Assembly (NCBI GenBank): GCA_002269645.1
Contig: NIVC01004880.1
Location: forward strand, 1-32,506
Source: Macrostomum lignano
Lineage: Eukaryota
Length of the DNA: 32,506 nucleotides
Reading direction: 5' to 3'
The notes beneath the pieces were generated by a model, which saw only the letters and a program-made list of their open reading frames with translations, had not been told where the DNA came from and searched no databases. A program made the position numbers and the translations under genes. Below, piece after piece: positions 32,501-32,506 of the stretch. Each line of letters begins with the position of its first letter. Within the stretch, counting starts at the first letter, position 1.

Positions 32501-32506
32501 TGGGCC
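26362..32506 (+). CDS. Glycosyltransferase family 92 paralogue B; join(26362..26595,29140..29459,31291..31519,31976..>32506), runs off the window end
   Basis: Same exon structure and phases (0/2/0) as paralogue A. Motifs are a TM segment, TYSAFYDRR, AVCMSPL, YFGQCAMLQDC, DMDEVIVP, LGVHNVW and LHHYR. Confidence 0.88.
27022..27527 (+). repeat. Direct repeat copy 1 (~506 bp) in intron 1 of GT92-B
   Basis: GATCAAAGCGGAATATTTG...ATTTTCAGGTAACG, near-identical to 28160-28676. Confidence 0.93.
28160..28676 (+). repeat. Direct repeat copy 2 (~517 bp)
   Basis: Near-identical to 27022-27527 with a few substitutions and small indels. Confidence 0.93.
28706..29022 (-). mobile_element. tRNA-derived CORE-type SINE with (TTA)n-like tail
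   Basis: The minus strand has an A box TAGCCTAGAGG and a B box GGTTCGATTC. The plus-strand CCCATTTTACAGCTGGGTGAACTGAAGCA..GTTAAGTGCCTTGCTGAAGGACACA resembles the MIR/CORE domain. An AAT-rich tail lies at 28706-28733. Confidence 0.75.
29860..30046 (-). mobile_element. Possible decayed gypsy integrase C-terminal fragment
   Basis: RIGSIVVLHDPKSKLWQRRSVMAEVGKH..(fs)LIKLACG..RN..YLRR resembles the IG..V.IQDP.TKRW..G.I.EVG..Y.I.L.SGR..RNRR.LR tail of some gypsy integrases. Confidence 0.45.
30413..31272. repeat. 19-bp minisatellite (CTGAAGCTCAGAAT[CCC/ACA]AA), ~45 copies, intron 2 of GT92-B
   Basis: Same unit, same gene-relative orientation and same position next to the exon-3 acceptor as in GT92-A. 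Confidence 0.97.

Overview
This is intron-rich animal genomic DNA, not prokaryotic. GC-rich exons, AT-rich spacers and minisatellite-filled introns are reminiscent of free-living flatworms such as Macrostomum, but that is an unverified guess. Three spliced genes can be assembled by hand. (1) An LRMDA/C10orf11 homologue on the minus strand (1464-5028), with a GC-AG intron, two introns made almost entirely of minisatellite, and a 1-nt frameshift. (2, 3) A head-to-head pair of glycosyltransferase family 92 (GT92/DUF23-like) paralogues: gene A on minus (13868-25575) and gene B on plus (26362 to beyond the window end). The pair is a mosaic. Promoter plus exon 1, and exon 3 plus its adjacent 19-bp intronic minisatellite, are about 97% identical. 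Exons 2 and 4 are strongly diverged apart from one 62-nt identical patch, which suggests patchy gene conversion. The introns and spacers carry many mobile elements: a recent Ty3/gypsy element lacking the RT core (with a canonical -1 frameshift signal), hAT-like and P-like MITEs with 8-bp TSDs, a CORE-type tRNA SINE, and decayed Crypton, LINE and LTR fragments. I found no convincing wholly new system. The GT92 pair is the most interesting structure. All coordinates and identity values were counted by eye.
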